A stretch of DNA of 64,000 bases from Eledone cirrhosa. Lineage: Eukaryota. The stretch covers positions 62,806,001 to 62,870,000 of the forward strand of contig OZ024741.1 in NCBI GenBank assembly GCA_964016885.1, given 5' to 3'. Of the stretch, positions 1 through 14,596 are shown one piece after another (within the stretch, counting starts at the first letter, position 1; every line of letters begins with the position of its first letter). The notes under the pieces are model-generated. The model was given only the letters and a program-made list of their open reading frames with translations, did no database searches and had not been told where the DNA came from. The translations under genes were made by a program, and so were the position numbers.

Positions 1-30
1 GGAAGCCTTTGTCACCGATTCGTTCGAAAA

Positions 31-2565
31 ATGTCACCTTTTATCCATCTTATATGGGGAAAAGAACTCAACGCTGGATGCAATGATGCCAGATGTGGAC
101 TACTGCTGGCTCATAGCTGGCTTCATCAGGGCAAACTCTTAAACGACCTCAGGTCGCATAGCATGGATGGAGTAGCTATTTGCGAGTCCAGGATCCACAG
201 CGAGCGACAACTGGCCCCCATCTTCGACGACTTTGAGATCTACGCATCTCTTTGTCAGCCGGGGGGTCGGGGTGGGGTTGCCGTTTTGCTGCGGAAACAC
301 CTGGACCTCGTAACACAGACGGTACATCTGGACCCGGAGGGTCGACTGGTGGTCCTAGACGTTGACGGTAGTGAAGGTGGAGCCTTCAGGCTGGTGGCCG
401 CATATGCCCCATCCGGGACACCGCGGCCAGACTTCTTCAAACGTCTAGAGACTTTTCTGGGAACGTCCCGCTCCCTGCTGTTAGTGGGGGACTGGAATGG
501 AATCCTAGATGCACGTTGGGACTATGTGGGAGCATGTCCCGATAGAGGAGGGTGTAACAGCCTCAAACAGTTAATCGGCCGATTTGACCTGGCCGATAGA
601 TATCGACTAGATTTTCCGACTGTGCCACTGTGGACGTGGACTAATCGCAGCGGAACATCTAGATCGTACCTAGATAGGGTTCTAGTTAGAAAGAAGGATA
701 GGGACATGTCCACAAATGTTCATGGCTGCCTATTCAGATCACAAATTAGTGACCTGCTTAGTGAACCTTGAGAAAACTCATAGACAGGGACCCAGCTACT
801 GGAAGCTGAACTTGTCGTTACCGATATGCAAAGCTTACAGTAAACGGATTAGCACTTTAGTTAAGCAGCACTTGACGGGGGCCATTGTCAACAACAGATG
901 GTGGTACTCTCTCAAGAGGGCAGTTAGATTAGACTCGATAGGTTTTAGTAAAGAATTAGTGTTAGATAGAAATAAGACCGAAAAGGAGCTGGTAGATAAA
1001 GTAGAAGAGGAACTTAGGAGTGGCAAGGTAGCCAGCGTGCTAGCGACGAGAACAGCCTTGGACCAGTTCTTCGACGCAAAGCATGAAGGTTGCGTTGTCA
1101 GAAGCAAAATACGTGCTCTGGGAACGAGGGAGCCAAAGCTGTTAGCTCAAGGGTCAAGGTGAACGGCTACCTCTCGGAGCCCTTCCATATCACGCGATCC
1201 ATCCGACAGGGATGCCCTCTCTCCTCCCTTCTGTACGTACTGACTCTCGAGCCACTACTGCGGAAGTTGGAGCTATTGCAGGGCATCCCTTTGGAACCGG
1301 GACTGCGAAAAGCGGCGTCGGCCTACGCCGACAACGTGACAGTAATGGTGTCGAGCACCTCGCAAATCGGGGAGATCGGCACCTTACTAGAGGAATACGA
1401 AAGGTTCACAGGAGCGAAGCTGAACCGGGACAAATCCGTCGGTTTGTAACTCGGAACGTGGAGGGGCAAACCGATGCCTTCCGATGACGTCGTCGGACGC
1501 TGGACGGAAGGACCGGTAAAGCTGCTCGGGGTCGGGTTTGGTCCTGACCTCCAGGTGGAGAAGAACTGGCACGAGGTGACGGCCAAGTTGCTTCCGCTCA
1601 CCCAGAAGTGGGCCGAGTGCAAACTATCCTTGAAAGGTCGAGCGGAGGTGGCGAACACTTTTATAGCGTCCGTCATCTACTACCGCTTGACTGTTGTGCC
1701 TTGTCCAGCCAAAACGCTCACAAAAGTGGAGCGCGCGCTCTTCCAATTCCTCTGGAAGCAGAGGGCTCCTTTGGCGAGAAGATCCATCTGCTGCCAACAC
1801 CCTTCAAACGGAGGGCTGGGGACGCCGTGGCTGACGATGCGCAAACACGCGCTCAGGCTGCGGCACCTCCACGTATTCCTCACCAGACAACCGGTGTGGG
1901 GCCCGTTCGTGAGGCGAGCCTTCCCACGACTCGTCTCGCTGGCCGAACTGCAGACCTGGGTCAAGCAAATACCGAGGAAAATGGGCGACTGGGATATCGA
2001 ATGTGCTCAGGCGCTCACAGTCCTCTGGCAAACGGACCCGGCGATCAGTGTAGACTCCACTTCGACATTCTATAGAGGGTTGGTCCGCAGCAAGTGCGAC
2101 GACACGGTCGGAAAATCTCTGGGCGTAGAGGAGGACGAACTGGCCAGTCTGTTCGGTAGGACCTTCCGCCCGGGACCAATGGACAACTTCCAAAAGTCCC
2201 TGGCCTGGCAGTGCTACCGAGGAGCTCTACCAGTTCGAGACAAGCTCTACAGACACGGGCGCCCGGGTAGGGACCCTTCGAAAAAGATCTGTCCGAGATG
2301 CGTGAGCGACGAGGAAACCGTCGCACACGCATTTGTACACTGCCCGGGCGTTACCGACCTGTTGGGCTATGCAGAACGACTATTGTCGCTGGTGGGACCA
2401 ATCCAGTTGACCACCGAGTCCATTGTCATGATCAAACCCCCACCCTCCTTCAAAAACGAAGGAGAGGCGGTTTTCCTATGTGTTATGGCTATGGTGAAAG
2501 AGGTTATATGGTGGACGAGGTTAAAAGGGCTGAGGTCAAATTTCTTTATTAGCCCTTGTGGCTAA
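31..2565 (+). pseudogene. Tx1/L1-clade LINE ORF2 relic (APE endonuclease, partial RT, C-terminal zinc knuckle), frameshifted with an internal deletion
   Basis: APE motifs GGVAVLL, AYAP, GDWN, SYLDRV, YSDH; RT motifs IRQGCPLS and YADN (degenerate YADD); CPRC..ETVAHAFVHC knuckle. Split over four ORFs; RT domains 0-3 are missing at about 1150. Confidence 0.9.
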
Positions 2566-2569
2566 TAAA

Positions 2570-4793
<2,224 letters not shown>

Positions 4794-5277
4794 TAAGCAT
4801 AGATATATCTATGAAAGGTAGAGATAAATAAATAAATTGACAGATAGATAGATGGTTAGACAGAGAGACAGACAGACGAGTAAAAATTAGGCTGAAAGGT
4901 GAGCTATTTCTAGGAATATTTCGTACGTGACGACAATTCATCTGTTATTGCAATTCAAGCCAACTGTCGACCACATGATTGTTTTCCCCTTTTGAAAAAA
5001 TTCATGTAACGGCCACTTGATAAATCAAAGTTTTTTGAAATTCCAGTTCGATGAAATGTTTAAAAATGCTTCCAATGCAATTTAACTCTCCAACGCACTC
5101 TTGAACTATTAAGCGAGGGATTGCTTGAAATCATCGTCACCAAGAAGGACGTCAGCGACATCCTTTATAAAAAAATTAACCACAACGGAAATTCTGAAAC
5201 CAAAGTTGCACTATGTGACCCTTAACATTTCCTTGGTCGCAAACTTCATTGGTGTTTTTAGCTGTTTGTCTTGTCAA

Positions 5278-5409
5278 GAAGAAGAAGAAGAAGAAGAAGA
5301 AGAAGAAGAAGAAGAAGAAGAAGAAGAAGAAGAAGAAGAAGAAGAAGAAGAAGAAGAAGAAGAAGAAGAAGAAGAAGAAGAAGAAGAAGAAGAAGAAGAA
5401 GAAGAAGAA
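5278..5409. repeat. (GAA)n microsatellite
   Basis: Pure GAA run; a second lies at about 44783-44892. Confidence 0.97.
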
Positions 5410-5429
5410 CGACGACGACGACAGCACCA

Positions 5430-5604
5430 AAAGTAATTTACGCTATATTACTTGTCCCAATAGCTTTATTTAGCTATTGCTCGCACCAACTAGAGGTATA
5501 TGAGTTTTAAAGCGATGAAATACCAATGAAAGTTGGAAAATCACTGATGAAGGACTAATTTTATTCATATGTAACCCATGTGCAACCACGCAGCACTCAA
5601 TTCT

Positions 5605-5610
<6 letters not shown>
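5430..5610 (+). mobile_element. Dispersed repeat family C terminus (TA-inserted, probable pLTR)
   Basis: TAAAGCGATGAAATACCAATGAA..GGAA.ATCACTGATGAAGGACTAA recurs at 21545-21935(-), 46995-47145(-) and 56095-57030 (inverted pair). Confidence 0.7.
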
Positions 5611-5644
<34 letters not shown>

Positions 5645-5811
5645 AAAAATTGAACGGGAACTATATATATATATATATATATATTGTTATACTTTGGGAG
5701 GGTCATGTTGCCAATAAGAAACACACGCAACATGACCCTCCCAAAGTATAACAATATCGGTTTCAACACACGTTTTCAGATAATGAATCTTGCTAAACAA
5801 ATTCAGAAACG

Positions 5812-5852
<41 letters not shown>

Positions 5853-5856
<4 letters not shown>

Positions 5857-6027
5857 AACCAGTAAGACCCCGACAGCTGAGCTCAAGCCGTTTCGACGGC
5901 TGATTCTGGAAACGGCTTGAGCTCAGCTGTCGGGGTCTTACTGGTTCCTATTACCCACTCTACTACCCCAAGTATTGAGTACTTTGGTGCGTTATGGTCC
6001 ACCTGGTTCCTTACCACATTTCCTTCG

Positions 6028-6030
<3 letters not shown>
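5853..6030 (+). mobile_element. Family A fold-back mini-element carrying the 3' half of an HHR
   Basis: Inverted arms around about 5905, flanked by (TA)n; GAAACGGCTTGAGCTCAGCTGTC-GGGGTC. Copies at 29477-29613(-), 57102-57215(-), 57637-57810 and 58172-58372. Confidence 0.75.
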
Positions 6031-6088
<58 letters not shown>

Positions 6089-6094
<6 letters not shown>

Positions 6095-6423
6095 TAAACG
6101 GAAAAGAAAATGCTGACAAATTGTTCACAGCGAAAAATAGTTTAATTAGGAATAAGTGAAAATTAGTAATAGTATTGGTTAGTATTCAGTTTTGGTTTTA
6201 AGTTTTACCGGTTGCGCATTTCTAATGCTTTTCAAAAATAATTTTGAGATAGAGCGTCCGTGATGTTTGCTCTAATCTGATTAGTTTTGGAAATTCTACC
6301 TGTTTTTATGTGAAAAAAGTGGCTCCAGAGGTATTTTAACCATGTCTTTTAACATGTTAAAATATCCCCCACACACTTACAAACACATTCCTACTGACCA
6401 TCCCTCTACCACGAATTACTCTG

Positions 6424-6459
<36 letters not shown>

Positions 6460-6985
6460 ACTTGTCTTAATAGGCATTTGAACTGTCAACAGGTTGCGGT
6501 TCGCACACACATCCCTGCTGACCATTATCACAACAACGAACCTCTTTACTACTACTACACACACACACACATATTTGTTTTGAAAAACTTATTTTTCAGT
6601 GAGTTCTCAATCAGCCGACACAAACCTACTTTTGGCGCAAAATCAATTTTTAACATTCACATGACCTCTACCAACCAATGAAAATTGTTTTGACCACAAG
6701 AATTTTTGCAACACGAATTAGCGCGAAACTTATTTTAATACCTCTGGAGCCACTTTTTTCACATAAAAACAGGTAGAATTTCCAAAACTAATCAGATTAG
6801 AGCAAACATCACGGACGCTCTATCTCAAAATTATTTTTGAAAAGCATTAGAAATGCGCAACCGGTAAAACTTAAAACCAAAACTGAATACTAACCAATAC
6901 TATTACTAATTTCACTTATTGCTAATTAAACTATTTTTCACTGTGAACAATTTGTCAGCATTTTCTTTTCCGTTTACCAATATAT
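6089..6985. mobile_element. Family B PLE remnant with inverted pLTR arms (6089-6335 and 6735-6985) and variant HHR motifs
   Basis: Near-perfect inverted repeat of about 245 bp; TTGAAAA-GCATTAGAAATGC-GCA-ACCGGT-A in each arm. Confidence 0.75.
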
Positions 6986-7015
6986 CATAACTCGTGTGTT
7001 ACACCTCTATTCTTT

Positions 7016-7113
<98 letters not shown>

Positions 7114-7200
7114 ATAAGGTATATTAGTAATCTGTTTCTGTTACTCGAATCTATGAATCTTAGTAACTTGGATCGTGTATTTGTGTAACTTATTGTCTAA

Positions 7201-8059
7201 TCTATATATATAAAGCTGTGGTTGTCTGTCTGTCTATCGATTTTTGGCACACATCTCTTCTTAGAATCTCTGACGGAATTGCACCGAAATTGCTATACTT
7301 GTACATTGAGCCCTAGCGAAGACATCGGAAAAATAATATTTCAAATTGACCCACCCTATGTGACGAAATCGAATCTAATGTATCGATTTTTGAGCGTAAG
7401 TGACGAGTTATTTCCCTTTGTTCTATATATATATAAAGCTGTGGTTGTCTGTCTGTCTATCGATTTTTGGCACACATCTCCTCTTAGAATCTCTGACGGA
7501 ATTGCACCGAAATTGCTATACTTGTACATTGAGCCCTAGCGAAGACATCGGAAAAAAAATATTTCAAATTGACCCACCCTATGTGACGAAATCGAATCTA
7601 ATGTATCGATTTTTGAGCGTAAGTGACGAGTTATTTCCCTTTGTTCTGTTTACATTTTCTGCGTGCAAAAATTAAAAAAATTACGCTGGCTTTCTCAGCG
7701 TTTAAAATGACATTAACACAATACACGAACAGTTGTCGAGCCAGCAAAATTTTGACCTGCAAAATTCATCAGTTCAAACACTAGGCTTCCGTTTTGCTTC
7801 ATTTCCATTTAAAAGCCTTTTAAAACAATATTTTTACTTGAAAACAAGTCTATTTAAAGACTACGTAAAACAAGCAAATATTTCGTAGAAAAAAAGCAAA
7901 AATTATATAAGTTTATTTAAAATATATGTATCTGTAAATTTCGTTAGGCGTGCAGACAGACAGTCGTGCAGACAAACTTTAAGCCAAAAAAGAAACTTAA
8001 CATTGTAACTTTAACACAGCTACTGAGCGACCCCGAGCAACGCCGGGCTTTACTGCTAG
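7201..8059 (+). mobile_element. Non-autonomous Helitron with tandemly duplicated 5' end
   Basis: A|TCTATATATATAAA start; subterminal hairpin CCCGAGCAACGCCGGG; CTAG|T end; no TSD. The first about 221 bp are repeated from 7422. Confidence 0.85.
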
Positions 8060-8894
8060 TTATATATATATATATATATATTTATACACAAAGACACACA
8101 TATATATACATATGTATGTATATATATATATATACAAACACACACACACATATATATATATATGTGTCTATATATATGTGTGTGTGCGTACGTCTGTGTG
8201 TCTCTGCGTATTTGATATAAAATTGCTTATCTTTTTATCTGGTTAGGAAGCGTTTATTAATAAACGTACAAAAACAGAATATTCATACATCCTCACTCAC
8301 ATAAAGACACATATTCATAGATTTTAATAATCCAGTGAAAATATATATAGTGAAAACCAGAGCAGCTACAACAACAATAGTTTTTATATCTACGACAAAT
8401 ATCAATATATGATGTGGAAAAAGAACTTTACTGGAAAACATCAAATTCCTAGTTAAACAAACAAAAGAAAATTAGATTTGATATGTTGTAAATGATAAAC
8501 GGCACACCATCGTATATTGATTTACAAGATTTTATAGTATATCAATGACAGGGACGATAGCAGCATTACAAACATCAACAACAATGATGGAAAGAACCTC
8601 TCCTTTACTCAAACCCAAGTACATATGCGCACACACAGATATGCCTATAAATATTCACATACGCAAATTCACATAGTCATACATATGCATAATCTCACAT
8701 GGACATACATATAATTAATCTCACATGGAGGTACACATGGACAAACATATATACACGTGTGTATGCACAAAGCATAAAGCAAGCAAAAAAAAGTAATATC
8801 TTGTTATTCAACGATTTTCTAATCGCTCTATCAAATATATTTCATCCAAATTACTAGCACGCACACGCACACACATACACATACACACACACAT

Positions 8895-9008
<114 letters not shown>

Positions 9009-9214
9009 CACACATTGTGAATAGATTCATACGAACCATGGCGGGTAGGATTATTTGTATAACTATCAAAAATAAATCATCTAACCTTTTACTGAGTAAT
9101 GAATTCTCTGTGTTAGCATTGCTCTTCCGAGACACACAGACACACACATATGTACACACACACACTCATATGTTAAACATACACACACAGAGATATACAG
9201 ACACACACACCCAT

Positions 9215-9307
<93 letters not shown>

Positions 9308-9379
9308 AAGAAAAAGAGATGAAATCGAAAATGCAACTGAAGTCTTATTTTTTTTTTAAATATATATATTTATTTGGTT

Positions 9380-9417
9380 CCTTTACCGGTTTCGCAGTTC
9401 TTCTGCTTTTCAAAAGG
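9380..9417 (-). ncRNA. Minimal type-I hammerhead ribozyme, U3-A8 variant
   Basis: Minus strand CCTT-TTGAAAA-GCAG(AAGAA)CTGC-GAA-ACCGGT-A-AAGG, followed by AATAAA. Confidence 0.75.
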
Positions 9418-9702
9418 TGAGTTGAGATGGAGGGTCTGTGGTTTTTCTCACATTAATATATATATATATATATATTAATATTATTATTATTATTAATATT
9501 AATAACTCCAGAAAACATTACTGTTGAGTGCTTCTAATCTATTGTAAAAGTATATTCATTGATTAATCAATGAACCTTGTTTAACTTTTGGTTTTATATA
9601 TATATACATAAAAATATATACATAAATATATACATAAAATATATACATACATATATACATACATAAATATATATATATACATAAATATATACATAAAAAT
9701 AT

Positions 9703-9788
<86 letters not shown>

Positions 9789-10005
9789 TATTTACGTATC
9801 GAGAAAGAGAAAAAAAGGGGAGGATAGGTGATACATATAGTTATTTGCCAAGTAGCGTATGCCAAAGGAGCTCGATACTAGTGCCGGCAGTATTAAATAT
9901 TCGAAGTGTTAATATTTAGTGGGCTAGAGAGTTAGCAGAGCGTAAGCACGTGGGAAAGTAAAAAATCGGAGAATAGACCGTTAAAACATGTTTATTTAAA
10001 ACACC

Positions 10006-10043
10006 ACCTACGTACGTTTCGCCCAGTTGGGCTTCTCAAGGGC
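10006..10043 (-). ncRNA. Minimal type-I hammerhead ribozyme, U3-A8 variant, in the 3' pLTR of the adjacent PLE
   Basis: Minus strand CC-TTGAGAA-GCCC(AACT)GGGC-GAA-ACGTACGT-A-GG, then AATAAA. Confidence 0.75.
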
Positions 10044-10267
10044 ATAAATAATCACAAGTGTTCCTTATATTGCTCGGAAAGAGTTTTGGGGGTTAAATCC
10101 ACATCAAGGTTCATTGCTCGCAAAAATATCTTGTTTTGATTTTGCAGCAGGTCAATGGAGGTAACTCTGGCCGGTGTTAGGGCAGTCTTTCCCGGCCAAT
10201 TTTTTTTTTCTTGCCGCAACTGTTTGTCTGAGGCTGGGTCTGGTACGCAAGGATTGTTTCCTGGGTG

Positions 10268-12500
10268 TTATTTTGCAGCGCCTGCCCGCCGGGGTGTTAA
10301 GACTTGTTGCAGGGAGATCCGGTGTACGGTTTCACTCCTCATCCTTAACCCATCTACCCATCTGAAGAAGGATATGTTTAAGCGATGTGCACAACTTATC
10401 GCTGTTTCAGCTCTGCTGTTGATGAGCTCGTGGGGTGCAGTTATGATGTGGTAGAGCTCCATGAGGCAAAGATCGCATTTCCTCTTGAAGTTGTACGGTG
10501 CAGCCCTGCCGACAATCTCCCAGTGCATGGAGAAGCTGATGTTTAAGTCCTTTAGTGATGTGATGTAGTCCGCGAGCGAAGTGGAGTGCCTTAGTTTTCT
10601 ATTTGTGAAAGAGTGGAGATGTGTTCGAAACCTAATTTTGAACGGGCCGCAGGTAGCCCATATATAATGTTTAACGCTATTGTGGCTGGTAATAGTGCAT
10701 CTATATATAACCCTATCAGTCAAGCAGTATCCTCTAAGGGGGCAGCGTCCTCTGTCGCGGCAGTTGCAATTTCTGTCGCGATTCCGTCTATTTCCCACGG
10801 TAAGGCTATCATTGTTGCTGCCTACGTTGCAGCTGTCGTTAGCACCATTACAACCCACAGCACGCGGGGTGGTGCGATTGTTATTCCGCACGTCATGTCC
10901 TGCATGGTCTCCAGTCATTTCGCGGTTATGCTGGTTGCGTCTGCGGATGCCGTTGCCAACACTATTGGATGCTGCCAGGGAGTTGTTAAGGCCGATATAG
11001 TTATTGTCAGGTGTAGGTGCGTCTGTGTCGAGGTGCTGTGTCTTGGTGATCTTACTGTGGTTCGTTGTTCCTATGATGTCTGCTAGGTTAGGAGTAGTAG
11101 AGAAGGATATTTTTATATTGTTCCTATTAAGAATTTTTCTATACCTATGGTTGCGCGGGAAGTTCTTCTCTAAGGCTTCGAAGAACATCCGGGGTATGTT
11201 GGAGGCGACACCCCGAGAGTAGGGGGGTGGGGTGGAACCATAGGACGTTACGGTGGCGATTACGTGTCCTTGTACTTTTGCTACGGGTGGTTCCATCTAG
11301 GTGACCGTTCTTATGTGTGTTAATGCGCAGTCGCCCGTTCGATGCCCCTTTCACTTTATGCTCGGGTGCACTCTTCCTACCTCTTCCATGTTTATGTACA
11401 CGAAGATGTTGGTTGGAAGGCGTTGGTCGTAGGCCGTCGCCTTTGTTGGTTTTGTAATAGGGGAATAGTTCGAGTAATCTACAGTGTTCACCGTCGTCGG
11501 GGTCGTGATCTTTGGTGCGGTTATCTATTCTATTATATCCGACTTCAACGAGGTCGCCGCGTGATCAGTTATAGGTATGGCTTACTATAACGTTTGTTTT
11601 ATGAGGGGGGTGGTTTCTAGAGCTAGCGTTAGGGATGTAGGAAATTCCTCGGTTAAAGCCGGCGCTTATCAGGGCCCTATTGTAGTAATCTGCCGCTTGG
11701 TTAAAGATATCCTCATTGGCGGATAGCCTCGAGATTCTATGTGAGATACTATAGACTATGGAGTTGAGAGTCTGCTTAGGGTGGTTGGAGGCATAATTAA
11801 TATAAGAGAGGCACTCTCCAGGCTTATGGTATGGCTTGTATAAGCCCGTACTCAACTCCAGGGTCACATCCAGGAAGTTGACAACCCTGTGGTTGAGGTC
11901 CATAGTTACGGATAGGCCGTATGACTTGAAGAACCTGTGTATATGTTTGTTAAGATTTTCTATCCTACGGGGGCTATGGTTCCTAACGGTAAACAGGGCG
12001 TCGTCCCTATATACACCTCCTTGTAGGGCCGGTATCTCTTCCCTAAGCTTATGTAGGAGGTCTATCCCGACCAGGTCAGTTGCTTGCGCTGAGTCACTGG
12101 ACCCCATCGTGACATCGAAGTTATCAGGACGGTTGGTTCTGGTCCAGTGGGAGCCTTCGAACTGGATAATGGTTCTACGCGCCGCTAGAATTATGTCTAT
12201 TTCTTTTTTAGTGAGGCTAGTGTTAGATTTAGCTAAGATAAGTGCCTTATTTAAGAGTATGGGGGAGATAGAGGCCTAATAACTATCTATATCAAACTGG
12301 ATGAATTTCAGGGTGGCTTTATCCGGCAACTCGGTGAACCAATTTATGACCTGGTCGGTGTTGCCCCAGAGGCAGACATTAGCCTTTGTATTAAGCTCCA
12401 GTAGTACTCTGTCGAGGATCACTTTACTAATCTTACCTATATCTGATGTAGAGGGGCATATTAGTCTAATAGAGCGGCTTTCATTAAAGTCATATTTGTG
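10268..12500 (-). pseudogene. 5'-truncated PLE ORF (YRDD-type, Naiad-like RT plus GIY-YIG endonuclease), disrupted
   Basis: QFDI..YY, MGSSDSAQATDLVG, VYRDD, NFLDVTL, CNCR..CPL..C, VIY..HYIW, CDLC..E. In-frame TAG at about 12277 and frameshifts in the linker. Confidence 0.88.
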
Positions 12501-12508
12501 ATCCTGAT

Positions 12509-12634
<126 letters not shown>

Positions 12635-12674
12635 ATTATTATTATTATGTAATAAACAACATAAGGCAATTATT

Positions 12675-12730
12675 CCATTTACCAGTGGTTTCTTAAAAGC
12701 AAAAGGTTTTGCTTTCAATCGTCAGAACGG
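12675..12730 (-). ncRNA. Type-I hammerhead ribozyme, canonical core, GUA site; inverted copy at 18981-19036(+)
   Basis: CCGTT-CTGACGA-TTGAAAGCAAAA(CC)TTTTGCTTTTAA-GAA-ACC(ACT)GGT-A-AATGG. Confidence 0.85.
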
Positions 12731-13040
12731 AAAAAGCTGGTTTGTTTATTAAATCTGGACTACAAAACCAAAAATGCAATCTATATGAAAGTGAGGCTGG
12801 AGAAGGGAGAAGGAAAGGAAAAATAAAATAAAATAAAACTACGCATGCAAACACACACACAAAAAAACCCCAAAAGCATACTTACACACACATACATATA
12901 TACATATATATATATGTACGCATACACATATACATATACACATATATATAAAAAGTACACTTATTTACACAAATACATATATACACACATATACACATAC
13001 ATACATTAATACATATACACACACGCACACACACACACAC

Positions 13041-13089
<49 letters not shown>

Positions 13090-13300
13090 TATCCACACAC
13101 ATATATATATATACATATACACACACCCACATACACACACATACACATGTGTGTGTACAAGCATACACATACACAAACATAGCCATACACACACACATAT
13201 ATATACACATACATACATTCACACAAACATACAAAACGTACATACATACACATACATGAATGCACTCCTCTACATATTCACACACGCAAATAAATATAAG

Positions 13301-13333
<33 letters not shown>

Positions 13334-13590
13334 TATATAAAAAATTTTTGACAGCGATACATGACCCAGCTAACAGGACAGACACGCGTGGTAAGTAATA
13401 CACACAAAAAAGCACGTATACATACGTACGAAATGGTAAACACATACACACACTCTCATACATAAATATACATAAACAAATACAAAAACACATACATACA
13501 CATACATACACAAACACGGACACGTATACATATTAAACACACACACATATTTATATGTAATTATATACACACACACACACACACACACAT

Positions 13591-13635
<45 letters not shown>

Positions 13636-13887
13636 CACATATACACACACATATATATATATATATATATACAAAAATATAAACGCACACACACACACAC
13701 ACACGCATATACGTACACACACATATATACATACATAGCTAAACAATTATACACATGCAAATACGTATATATCAAAAACACGCACAACCAAAAACAAATA
13801 CACACACACACACACACAACCACACACACACATACATAAAAAAATAATAAACACACACACACATATACATACATACATACATATACA

Positions 13888-13945
<58 letters not shown>

Positions 13946-14097
13946 TACACACATACGTACATATACACAGATGCATACACATACACACACACATATACAT
14001 GTGTGTATGTGTAAAACTCAGTATTAGAAAAGACAAATGAACCTTACATAAACGTATATATAGTAGTAAGGTAATAAAGCAACATAAGGCAATTATT

Positions 14098-14153
14098 CCA
14101 TTCACCAGAGGTTTCTTAAAAGCAGAAAATGTTTCCTTCAGTCTTCAGAATGA
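14098..14153 (-). ncRNA. Paralogous hammerhead with a non-cleavable GUG triplet; inverted copy at 16878-16933(+)
   Basis: CATT-CTGAAGA-helix II-GAA-ACC(TCT)GGT-G-AATG. Confidence 0.65.
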
Positions 14154-14252
14154 AAAAAAGTGAAAAAAACCTGGTTTATCCACATATACATACATATACA
14201 CACACAAATATACATATGTATACACACATACACAAACACACACATATACATA

Positions 14253-14346
<94 letters not shown>

Positions 14347-14596
14347 CACACACGTATATACATACACATATACATACACATACATATATACACACATATA
14401 TATATACACACAAAAATACATACACATACACATAGGTATGTGAAGGGCAAAACAAAAAGAATATATGGGGGGGGGCTAAGAGGAGGTAAAAATATAAGGG
14501 GAGGTAAGAGAGAAAAAAATTTTAAATATACAAGAGTACAGAAGGTAGAATCAGCAAAATAAAAACCGTAGCAGAAGTAAAGAGCAGAGAAGGAGT

